Part shown: in pieces, positions 51,491-62,673 of the stretch
Numbering within the stretch: position 1 is the first letter of the stretch
Layout: every line of letters starts with the position of its first letter
From: Pocillopora damicornis
Lineage: Eukaryota
Length of the DNA stretch: 64,000 nucleotides
NCBI RefSeq assembly: GCF_003704095.1
Contig: NW_020846522.1
Location: 1-64,000, forward strand
Reading direction: 5' to 3'
The notes under the pieces: model-generated
The model's database searches: none
What the model saw: only the letters and a program-made list of their open reading frames with translations
Told to the model about the DNA's origin: nothing
Translations under genes and position numbers: made by a program

Positions 51491-52217
51491 TAGTATACTT
51501 AGGGTACAGGGTAAATGTGTCCCAGGGTCAACTTGCTATTGGCCAGCAATGAACAAACTATAACGTTAGCATGGTTACGCCTTACCCTATAGGGTATATA
51601 GTATATTTAGGGTACAGGGTAAACGTGTCCCAGTGTCAACTTGCTAATGGCCAGCAATGAACAAACTATAACGTTCGCATGGTTACGCCTTACCCTATAG
51701 GGTATATAATACATTTAGGGTACAGGGTAAACGTGTCCCAGCGTCAACTTGCTAACGGCCAGCAATGAACAAACTATAACGTTCGCATGGTTACGCCTTA
51801 CCCTATAGGGTATATAGTACTTTTAGGGTACCGGGTAAATCTCCCAGTTTCAACTTGCTATTGGCCAATAATGAACAAATTATAACGTTAGCATGGTTAC
51901 GCTTTACCCTATAGGATATATGGTATATTTAGGGTACAAGGTAAATCTCCCAGTATCAACTTGCTAACGGCCAACAATGAACAAACTATAACGTTCGCAT
52001 GGTTACGCCTTACCCTATAGAGTTATAGTATATTTAGGGTACAGGGTAAATCTCTCAGTGTCAACTTGCTATCGGCCGATAATGAAAAAAGTATAACGTT
52101 GGCATGGTTACGCCTTACCCTATAGAATATATAGTATATTTAAGGTACAAGGTAAATCTCTCAGTGTCAACTTGCTAACGGCCAACAATAAACAAACTAT
52201 ATCGTTGGTATGGTTAC
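51491..52217. repeat. Tandem array, 106-108 bp unit, about 6.8 copies
   Basis: Unit agggtacagggtaaa...tcaacttgcta..ggcca.caatgaacaaactataacgtt.gcatggttacgccttaccctataggg, with starts near 51501, 51609, 51717, 51825, 51931, 52036 and 52142. Confidence 0.95.
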
Positions 52218-52271
52218 ATCTTGATTACAATCCCTGGTTTTATGTGGCACGTGATATCTGAATGTCGTTTA

Positions 52272-53296
52272 GGCCATCTCCTTTTTTTCCTCCGTTCAGT
52301 GTGGTCCGACAGACCCAAATTTTTGGCATTTTCAGAAAGAAAAGAAAAAAGGTAACCACGTTATTAAACCTTTTTTTACTTTAAATAATTCTTTTGATCT
52401 GAACAAAGAGCATAGTAACAGCATACAGAAAAACAGGAACATTTTTTTACAGTATATTGTGTATTTTGTTAATCCAAATACGTAAATATCAACTTTTAAC
52501 GTCATCCTCGTTGTTAATCCACTGAGATATAAATATTAACTTTAAACGTCATCTTCATTGCCAACTTAAATTAAAAGTTCCAGTGTGTGTCCTTTTAAAG
52601 AAAAGGAACCATTGACATATAACCTGTCGTAGCTTCTACGTATTTGGCAGAAATCGCTATAAGCTTTTCTTTCCCCTGACATTTGACTCTTTTTGTAGCT
52701 TGAAATGATAGCCTTCAAGACTTGGTTGTAGAGGGCATCAAATAAATTCTTTTCGTTGACTTCATATGTGGAGGGAGTTCTTTCACGAGAGCGGCGGCCA
52801 TCATCGCCTGAAACGCACTTCGTTTTGGTGGTGGCTGTTCTTCATGTTGTTCCTGCTCTTGATACAATATTCGATGAAGTTGGATCCAGTAACGCGACGT
52901 TTACCAATCGAATCATTCAGTCTAACGTCTACGAAGTCTTTAGGTAATTGCTCACTAACCCGGCACGAAGTTTTAATGATTGATATATCCAAAACTTCCT
53001 TTTCAAGCAGGTGCTGAAAATTTAGGGATACTGGTATGTCGCATAGGAGTTTCGGTGGTTGATCCTTTTACCCACGTTGTCTTAATTTTACAATAACATC
53101 AACCAATGTTTCCGCCATATTGATTTTGGGTTCATGTCTTGTTTCCAGGCTCCACAGCAATGATGCTGGGGTAACAGGCCTCCTATCCAGAGACTTCTTG
53201 TAATTTTTTTTCTTTTTAGGTTTTTTTTTTTCAATCCGACTGACCCAATATCAGGAAACGCATTCGACGCTAAACGAAGAAAAAAAAGGGATGGCC
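52272..53296. mobile_element. Non-autonomous TIR element flanked by TA
   Basis: ta|ggccatctcctttttttcctccgttcagtgt and acgctaaacgaagaaaaaaaagggatggcc|ta are inverted repeats, and tccgac.gacccaa occurs near both ends. Confidence 0.7.
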
Positions 53297-54339
53297 TAAG
53301 AAGGGTTCAAGCGGCAAGAAACTTGTATGCCCATTTAGGTTCTCTTACTGTAGAATTAAACTTTAATTGACTTTTATTCCCCTTGTTAAGAAAATTTCTG
53401 TCGAATTGTTTTTTTCACCCTTCTAAATAAAAGACAAGCGAAAAATTTGTGTTTTTTAACCCATACGCCAAGATAAAGCTTTCATAAATTCTAAAGTACC
53501 AAAAACTTGTATAATACTTTGGTCTTACTTATCTTTTTGGCGACGTGTGTCACAGGAGCGTCTTGTGTTTCCTCACGTTTTAAAACATAAAAGAGCAAAT
53601 TCATTTAGAAAAGAGCCAACCACCTGCTTTTAGCGACAGATTTTAAACATACTAGACATGAGAAATTGTCAGTCGTGTTTTCACACGTCTATTAAGGCAG
53701 ACTAACGAAGCACATCGGTCGTTCGAAGCACATCATTGGACTTCTCAAGGTAACTCTAGCCACTTCATAAACACGAGCTACCTTGTTTTCTTATGCCTTG
53801 TTTTCGGCACTAACATTTTTTCTACGACTTTTACTACTCTTTTTATTTTAATTATAAGGGATTACAGTTCGCGTTATAAACAAGTAGCGCTTCGATTGAC
53901 CAGGAGTCAGCAGCCCGAACCATCGGGCTTTTGTAACAATTAGGTCAGAAGTGTAGATTTCGGTTACCGACCGAAAATGAAGCGCAATCAAGGGGGAGTT
54001 GAAATAAATCGTTGGTAACAATTTTACAGAAACAACAAGGTTTGAAGTTAATATAAATTAGTAGATTATTTGCGAAATGAAAAGAAAAAAAGACAAACCT
54101 ACGAAGCGATCTTTTTTTAGCGTGTTTTTCTAGGTGATAGTTACATTTTCAGTCTGAAATAAAAGAATTAAGTGCGCCTTACGATCATTCCGTGACAATA
54201 TTTCACATATTGAAATTACGATCTGAAGACAAAATATTGGTTTCTTTTTGTGCGACCGAAGCGACCAAATTACATGAATTACGCAGCTGTTTACGTAGTA
54301 AACTGTGATCACCGAGGGAAGAGAGATAAATTAGAAAAG

Positions 54340-54770
54340 GGGAACCTATTGTAAAGCTGGTGATCCAAATCATGCATGTCTGCTGCGTTAATAATACAAC
54401 ACGCGGTTCAATGCGCTGCTTTCCGAAGTTTGAAGGTGTGCGTAAGAAATGGACGAGTTTCATTCGTAGATATAAAAAAGATTACATTCTTCCGAAGAAG
54501 TCGGCTCTGCGCTTCATTCAATTTCAAGACGGCTGTTGACTGCAATTTCCTCTCTCCGAGTATCAGGAGAAAATCGCCAAGAAACCCTTGTTGAAGAGCA
54601 AGCTGATTATGGATTATCGTTTTCCTACGGGACAAGATTGTTCCGCAATCATCTCTGTGGATTTCTCGCTAGTGTTAAGGCGTGCGTGGTGTAGTTGTTC
54701 CTTTTATGTGCGCTTGGAATGTCTTCCTAGTCGTTGTCTTTCTTTAAAATTGCCTTTTCGCTTTTCTTGC
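54340..54770 (-). pseudogene. Candidate decayed motif-family copy
   Basis: Motif relics in the correct order but in broken frames: RLNTSEKSTE (from 54682), LNEAQS overlapping DFF in another frame (54494-54502), and MIWITSF (W at 54365-54367). Confidence 0.35.
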
Positions 54771-54890
54771 TTTATGAATTGAATCTTACTAAATCTATTA
54801 GGGATCGTGAATAAATTAGAGATATGCTCGTGAAGAGTCTGAGATTTCATACAAAGCTATGTAAACACGGATATCCTCACTCTACAGATT

Positions 54891-55143
54891 TAGACTGCTT
54901 TTTGATGGAGTGTTGTAAAACCAACACCAAAAGAAGAAAGACAAACATGACAAGTAGCCAATGAGAAGTCAAATAGGGACAAAGAAACTGCAGCGCGGGA
55001 AAACGCGGGTAGCTAATTAGCAGTTGGTTTTAGTTTTAAATCTCATTGGCTGAGAAAGTGGCTCGAGTTTTCTAAACCAATCCCAGCGAAGTGAAACAAA
55101 ACCAAAGAAACAGTGGACTACTTTCGACACTAAATTGAAAATT
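54891..55143 (-). repeat. Inverted copy of the dispersed MITE family
   Basis: Reverse-complement similarity to 59924-60209 (gtaaaaccaacaccaaa, agccaatgag, gcgggaaaacgcg, cgacactaaattgaaaa). Confidence 0.55.
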
Positions 55144-56768
55144 ACCAAGTGATTCATAGGAAATTCTGTTCCCACCAGGTCAAAAAACCTCAGTAGGATC
55201 ATGCGTGTCTTAGAGTTTGTAATTCGAATTATTGTTTTGACATCTTCAGGTGTTTTTAGCAATAAAACCTCAAAAAGTGTTCGTTTATTTCAAAGAAACA
55301 AAAAAATCGTGGATAATTACAGTAAGAAAGAATAGATCCGTGGTGTTGCTGTCAGAATCTGATTTCCAAGTTAATAAAAATGTCTGTTCTCCGCTGCCAT
55401 ATATTACTAGCATATCACGTTAAGGCACATAACAAGTCATATGATATTATTCTGCAAGCCTTAAAAACCTCTCTAGCCCGCTCTATGTTAAATTTGTTCG
55501 CAAATGGAATTCGATTAAAATCTCCAGCGAACTTTTAATACCCTTTGAGCTCTTTGATTTAAGAGTAACTATGACCTTGGGGAATTACGCATTGATTCAT
55601 TATATAGGAATTAATATGACTCGGAGAAATCCTGTCACGGAAAGCTCGTTAATTTCTTTCATCTCAGAATGGACTCGAGCTTTCGAAATGCATTTTTTTC
55701 ATTACGGCAAACACTCTACACATGTTTTTGGCTCACCTTGTATTCAATTGCCTTTAATATAAAGAGGTTCTGTGCCTCTACATGAAAATGATGTTTGAAA
55801 TATCCTTATTGTACCGAGATAAATCATGATAACAAAAGTCCTATGCTATGGTTTAGGTTAAAGGTTTTCCATTCTGTTTCAGGGGTGCTTAGCATGAGGT
55901 AAATTATTTACGAATTTGCCTTTTTCCCGACGCATTTTTAATAAAGAACGTAATTTGCACAGTTTGGATATTTAAGGAGTGTTCGTGTCTCCTTTTTCTA
56001 TTCCGAATTTTGATTGTTAAATATCAGTTAACCATTTTGTTACGGAACATCAGAGACCTTTCAGAGTATGGTCAGTTCTCGCGCATCTAAACCATATATT
56101 TCAGGCTTCATTCAAGTTTGGCAATTGCACTTGTTTTGACTCAAAATATGCCGTCAGTATTTGCTTTCAACTAATGAGATCAATACATTTGGCTCGGTTT
56201 TTGGTTGACTTTATTGGAAATGGCTTGCTAAGACAGGTGTGCTATTCCTCTCACGTTGTCGTTCGTGAGCTCCACTCTTGAACACGTGTCTACGAGGTCG
56301 TTTTTTCGGTGTCACTATAACTTCACTCACAAGGCGTCAGTCTTGAAACACTTTCCGCGTTTGATAAACTACCTTCGTATAAAATATCTAGCGAAACCTT
56401 AACTTTTAAACACGATTAAAATTAAACTATTCTGCACGATTTCGATATATTATCGTGCAAAGAACTGATGAACTCATCAGCCGGAGGGCATGCTTTATCT
56501 TGATGTGAAACCAAATTGTTCGGTCTAATTTACTAGGAAATGTATAGCAGTCAGAGGTCAGAATTACCTCTCTAGTATTGGAAATTAGTTCATACCAAGA
56601 GATTATAATCTTTTGAATATATTAAAACAGTGGAGAGTAGGATTTGTGTCTGAATATATTGTAATCGTTGCAGGAAAAATGTGTTGAAACCCGACATCTT
56701 TTTGTGTTATATCATCTCCCTTTTTGAATTACTATTTACTAAAACACTTCAATGTTAGAAGCTAGTGG

Positions 56769-56873
56769 TGGATATTTACCGAGCTGCGAAGCGTCGAGGT
56801 AAATATCCATTGTGCTCGAAAATCTTGGCCGATATGATGTGGTGATGAAATATCGGCCAAGGTTTTCGAGCAC
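56769..56873. repeat. Two adjacent hairpins (inverted repeats)
   Basis: tggatatttacc/ggtaaatatcca (56769-56809, 12 bp perfect) and gtgctcgaaaatcttggccgatat/atatcggccaaggttttcgagcac (56812-56873, 23 of 24 bp). Confidence 0.85.
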
Positions 56874-57863
56874 GATGTACCTTGCATTTTGAAAGAAACA
56901 AAAATTCCTTGCCTGAGTAGGAATACTGCCGGGGAAGACTCGGCTAGTGGTCGTGTGCTAAGCCAGTGAATGGGTAAACTAAATTAGCGAAAAAACACAG
57001 AAACTTAAGTCTTCTTTATCTTGTTATAAAACGAATTTACGACTTGGCATTTCAGAATCCTGAGTGAAATCTGACTTCGAATCTTCTTCTCTTAGTACAA
57101 AGTCCGAAAAAAAAGTTTATTGCTAACAGGGATTTTGTTTACCCTTTTAACCCTCAAGATCTTCCTGTTAATTCTTATGATCTGTTTTCTGGGTTATGTA
57201 TGGATATTAAAGGGAGAAGTAACATGTTAATCTCTTCAGGGGATTAAAGAGTTTAAAGTCTTGCTCACTCCTCTCTATCACGCACACGTAGTACGCCCGC
57301 TCAATGTACAATTCACGTTTTGAATAATATTTTAGTCAAAAGATGTCTTGCATTCCACGTTGCGATGCCACCTGTTCTAAGCAATAATTTCGATTAATGT
57401 CTAGACAGGTCTCGCCTCTTTCTTCAGTAGTAATAAAAACGAAGTAATTTTGCGACGATTATTCCAGTTTTATCAAGACTCCGTCCCACTAAGCCGTGTT
57501 CTCAGTTCTCAAGAGTAGCTTTAGCCATTTGCTGCGGTAAGTTTTCTATGTACTTTCCCCCTGTAGGTTTTAATATGGTTTCTTAGAAATTCCTTATAGT
57601 TGTTTGGGGGTGAATCTTTTCCTTTGGATAGACACGAGTGATTGGAGAAGTAATGCATTCTCAATGTTTAAATCGTACATGGGTTTAACTCGTAATATTT
57701 GTATTTCCGGTACCGCTCACCCCAACTTAAGGAAAAGATTTAATCTTGGAGGTTCAACTAAAAAAAAACTATATCTTTTCCTACATTTCAGCTTTAAGCA
57801 GAATTAAGGCCATTTTACAAGACATCAGCACCCTGCAAGGAAACACAGACATCAACACGTGAA

Positions 57864-58136
57864 ATGGAAAGGGCGCCGGTAACTTGTCACGTGCAAGTGG
57901 GCTTTACAGAACAGCTATCACAAAAAACCGATCAGCTTAAAAGTCACCAAAAAGCGAATAGTCAGCAGAGTCAAGTCGAAAGGCTTTTTCCAGAATTTTT
58001 CTCCGGTTGCAACGAACCACGTTTCAAAGAAATGTGCAAAGACAAGGCTCACACACATTTGAAGGCGGAACAAGGGTTCGACCCGCTGATTCAATCGTGG
58101 TTAAGCTTATATGGAGGAAGCGCATGCGTCCATTAG
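57864..58136 (+). CDS. Motif-family member L (90 aa, no N-terminal motif)
   Basis: SQVERLFPEFFSG and FDPLIQSWLSLYGG. The frame is open upstream to 57798, with possible splice acceptors near 57791 and 57801. Confidence 0.78.
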   Translation: MERAPVTCHVQVGFTEQLSQKTDQLKSHQKANSQQSQVERLFPEFFSGCNEPRFKEMCKDKAHTHLKAEQGFDPLIQSWLSLYGGSACVH

Positions 58137-59923
58137 ACATCACCTTTACTCGTTCTCATGAAGGAACAATTCTTACACTGCTAGTCTTTACTGGGGATAA
58201 CATAGAGAGTGATGATATTAATGACAAAAAAGGAATACTCCAAAACTTCTTAGCTGACAAGAGTATAAAATCTGAGATCTTTATACTTAGGTTTCTTGGT
58301 AAGAGTCTATTTCATCACTACTTTGACTAAAAGCCTCAAGGACACTTATTCACAAAACAGAAAACAAGATCTTTTCAAACCTTTTAATGCACGCTATTTG
58401 TCAAGAAATGACACTAGATCTGCGCACAGTTATCGTTTTCTTAGAAATATTTTACCTTGTGTCTTTACTTTCGATCAGTTCAGAGAAATAGGATGACTGA
58501 AGCCAGATATTGAAAATGTCGCCTTAGAGTTTGTCGGAAAATGTTTCACATTTAACGTCAGTGGGCTGCTGGTTGCAAAGTATTCTGTGGTTGTTTTCTC
58601 CCCTCAGCTGGTAGAACGGTAGTACAAACTAGTTTTCGAGTGGCAATTTATTGTTTTTACCGCAATTCTTAAAAATAGAAGTTTAAAAGCTAGCACTAGA
58701 CTACTGTTTGTTGTTTTCGTGCAGGTTGGAAAGGTTTTATGTTAAATGAATAGCTGGAGGTGGTTTGGATCCGCGTCAAAATCAAATTTGAAATAATCAC
58801 ATTACCTGCAGGCAAAACCTGTCTGTTTTGATAAATCTAAGTTTAAAACGGTCGAGCTTGTTGTTTATGAATTTCACTGCAATTACACGACAAATTATCC
58901 TTCACCATTCGATGCTTTTTCTCGCAAAATTGATGAAATACACGCGAGAAAATATGTCAGGATGCAAGAATAGAAAAGGAAACGTGATATTAGTGCTACT
59001 GATTTTAAATCCGCGTGAAGTCTGAAACCATCAGAAATGATATACAAGCATCCGGTGCCTAATTTCGCTCATGGCTGAAAGGTTAGAGTTGAATCGCAGC
59101 TTCATGATGGTGTAAATGAGAAGCGAAAGGACGGTTATTTTGGTCAGATTTAGTTTAAAAACATATATGTATTTCTAAACCGTGCGGAACGGAATTATCA
59201 GAAGCGGCCTTTGAGTTTCCGGCGGCTTTAAAAACCGCGGTCAGAGCGCAAAGGTGAGAGGGTGAATCTGTTTGTTGCTCACAACCTAGTGTGGAGAAAC
59301 GTACAAGGTAATCTTTCAGCCACTAGATAACTTATCTAGAATCTGAATGATGAGTTTTCCCGCCCAACACCTTAGCCGAACAGCGGCCGTAGAGATAAGA
59401 AGTTCCTATGGTAAACTCATTACAAAATAGGCGAGGTTAGGTGAATATTCTGTTCAACTTATCAGCTGTTGAATTAAATTCTCTCCGGCTTCAGTTTCTA
59501 AACAATACGAGATGATAATGGACTGTCAAGCCATTGCACACATTGATCAATAATTACTTTTGGAACAAACATATTTTTCCAGTTTAACAATATTTTGGCT
59601 TCCTCTCTCATTCTGTCTTATTCTATCAAAGCAGACATCATGAATGGTCTGCGCCTTTGCAATCAAATACCGCTCTTTCACTCTTGATGATGTTGTTTTG
59701 TTCGTATAACGTGACCCCCAGGCTAAGATTAACTGTAACAGGAAATGTTCTAAAAGCTGTTCTGAAAATAGAAAACAATACATTTTGTGTAGGTGGAAAG
59801 TTCATTGATCAGTGCACGGAAATCTTGCTGTATCATTGAATTTGCGGATGTAGATTCAATGATACAACACCCGATTTCGGGTTTGGCGGACTATTCCGCG
59901 AAAAGAACTTTCAATTTTCCACG

Positions 59924-60209
59924 AGAGCAGTTTTCAAATATGAGTGTCAAAAGTAAATCAGGGTTGCTTTGGTTTTTCTATACTTCGCATTGTGATTGAT
60001 AGAAAAAAAAAACTCGCATCACCCTGTCAACAAGTCAGACGCAAAATAAACCACTCGTAACCTAGTCTCACGCGTTTTCCGGCGCTTAAGGCAGTTGGTC
60101 TGTTTTTACTTTGAGCTCCTATTAGTTAATGATGATGTAAGCCTCTGCTCTAATTAAAGTCTGCGATCACTTTGGTTTGGTTTGTAAACACTCAACTGAA
60201 AACTGCTCT
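59924..60209 (+). mobile_element. MITE with 13-bp TIRs
   Basis: agagcagttttca (59924-59936) / tgaaaactgctct (60197-60209), with related copies elsewhere in the window. Confidence 0.7.
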
Positions 60210-62673
60210 TGGCTAGCATATGTTATTGGTTCAAAGTTGTTCGATGATCTCCTGGCTCTAAACCTTTCTTATTTTAGAGTTAAGGTTGTATTTTCTTTGG
60301 TCAAACCAAACCGAAAGGTGAATCCGATACCGAATCTTTCTAAAAAAGATCGAAAGTATTATTTGGATATTCACATTTAACAGGATCGGTACATTCGTTA
60401 AAATTGTTTCCGCTGGGAACGACAGCTGCACTTATGACTCAAAGGGGTACCTGCTCTTTAAATGATTCTACAGCAGAAAGTCCAAAAAAACTTTCGTTAT
60501 TTGCTTTGCTTTTAACAAGTGCCAACCATGATTCATTTCATTGTATTGTAGACTCCGGCCCACACTAAAGACGTTTTTGGATATCTTACGAGTATTTATG
60601 TTTTAGTTCAGTTGTGTCTGTGATTCAAAGTTCTTAATTTGGAAAAATCGAACCATTTCTGAAATAGTATCGTGATTGAGTAGCGACGTGGCTGCACTCA
60701 ACTAAAATTAGCTCATATGCATATTTCTGAAGTTATCTTAGATAGTCAACATTTTAATTGGCCTAAATCATGGCAGTATGTGCATAGTTGCGAAAAAAAA
60801 CCTTCTTACAACAACACTTCTCGAGCTCGCATAAGTATTCTGGTACTGCTAGTAAGTAGTGATTATCTTTATCTTTATTACCTGTCTTAATGCGTCTTGA
60901 GTTCTAAAGCTATTTCACATGTATTTTCATTACGAAAAATCACACTTCCCTCAAGGTGTTTGTTAAATGAGGCAAACACTTGTTACTTATTTAGAAGTTT
61001 CTCCATATATTCATTTTTTTTCTGTTTCTGAAATCAGTGCTTTTGCCGTTCGATTTCGAGCCACAATATTTGCCGATTAGGATCTGAAATAGATCAAAAA
61101 ATATCTAAGTTTTTTTGTGTAATTTGCCATAAAACTCTTTCTCTGAATTTAAAATTGAGGTTCTAAGTTTCTATTTTTGAGGCTTTTGCAACTGTTTGCT
61201 CTTTTCAAAGAAGAATGTCATAGGGCACCCACGCATATTAGAGGTGAACGCGGTTATTTGTGTATAGTATAGAAACAAAACAGCCAGACACTGACTATGT
61301 GCTCCAATTTAAATTTTTAAGACCACTTTCCGCAGTGTCTGCTGAGTATGGCAGATATAGGCAAGTTTTTTTTCCTTTCTTACCATACTGCATTACACGG
61401 CAGATGCGTCTTTGTACGCACAAGTTCTCGTCGTCTGCCAGTCTATGCAGACTGACGTAGACCTGAAGTGGGCCCACAACACGAAAAACAGCTTCCATAC
61501 TGCTGATGAGACGTGATTAGGGCGTCAATAAGTTTAGTACATGTTATTAGAGTGGTTTTAAATAAAAAATGACTCCAGTTTGCGGCTTTCTTACACCTAC
61601 CTGTTTACGTTCAAGATATTTACGACGAGTTTTCAAGTAAAACGCTTTCGCTTTCTACTTGTTTTCCTTTGGCAAGGCAGAAGTATCTCGCCGGCTGTTA
61701 TTAATCCTGGGCCGCTTAAATCGAATTTAAAGCACATACAATTTCTTCATTTTTAATGTGGTTCCAAGCCACTCATATTCCTTGCAACAGTCCACCTACC
61801 TAATCACGTAGACGTTTTCCAACTGAAATACGTAAACATACATGATTTATTTTGTACCGCACAGATGACAAATATCACAACGAAAATATGAAGTATCTCG
61901 AAATGTTGAAAACGTGTTGTTTACGTTCAAATTCATGCTAAAATGATATCGCAATCGATTCCGAACTGACCGGGTTTCTAAACGGCTCTTGAGAAGTTGT
62001 GAATTAAAAGAGAGATAAAAGATAGGTACAGACTTGCGTCAGGAGAACATTTCAATAAATGTTACTTTTGATAAACTTTGTTTTGACGTTCAAAGATGTT
62101 TTTGAAATTTAAGACTCAAATCAAATCTGTGCGATACAAATATATATATTGATATTACCCCACGATTGAACTGAAAGTTACTAATACTAATCAGACTGTT
62201 AATTTGTTTAATGGTAAGAAACCTTTTCCGTTCTCAGTGCAAAAGGAAAGAGGATTTTTTATTTATCATCATGGCTATTTACGATTTGCAATATTTTCTT
62301 TTCAACAGTACTACACGACTTTAATTGGTCATGGCTTACACCGCTGAGTAAATATTGATGAGGTTTGTGACGCTACATGCTACCGTAAACATTCAAGCTA
62401 TTGTAACGACTCAACTGTGTCACATCTGCGACGTTGAATCAGAGGCTATTTCAGTTTCTTTCGCATGATTATCATTTCCAGTCAGTATTCTAAATTTAAG
62501 CTTGAACAGCCTGGCAAACAAAATTATCAGCCACTGGTGTCTGCATGGGCATAAAAGAAAGCAAGCATAATCTTATCTTGACATTCTCAGTTGAGCTGTG
62601 ACAATCGACATCTTAGCAGACCGTGAATTCTTCACAAGACGAGAAAACTTTTATTCAAGACATACGCAATTAA

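Noticed and set aside
51491-52217. CRISPR-like appearance of the tandem array
   Set aside because: Whole ~107-bp units repeat without unique spacers, in a eukaryotic context with no cas genes.
52560-53118. VICQWFLFF and LPKDF as a family pseudogene
   Set aside because: It lies inside a TIR element, the frames are inconsistent and there is no LxxIxE, so it is treated as element cargo.
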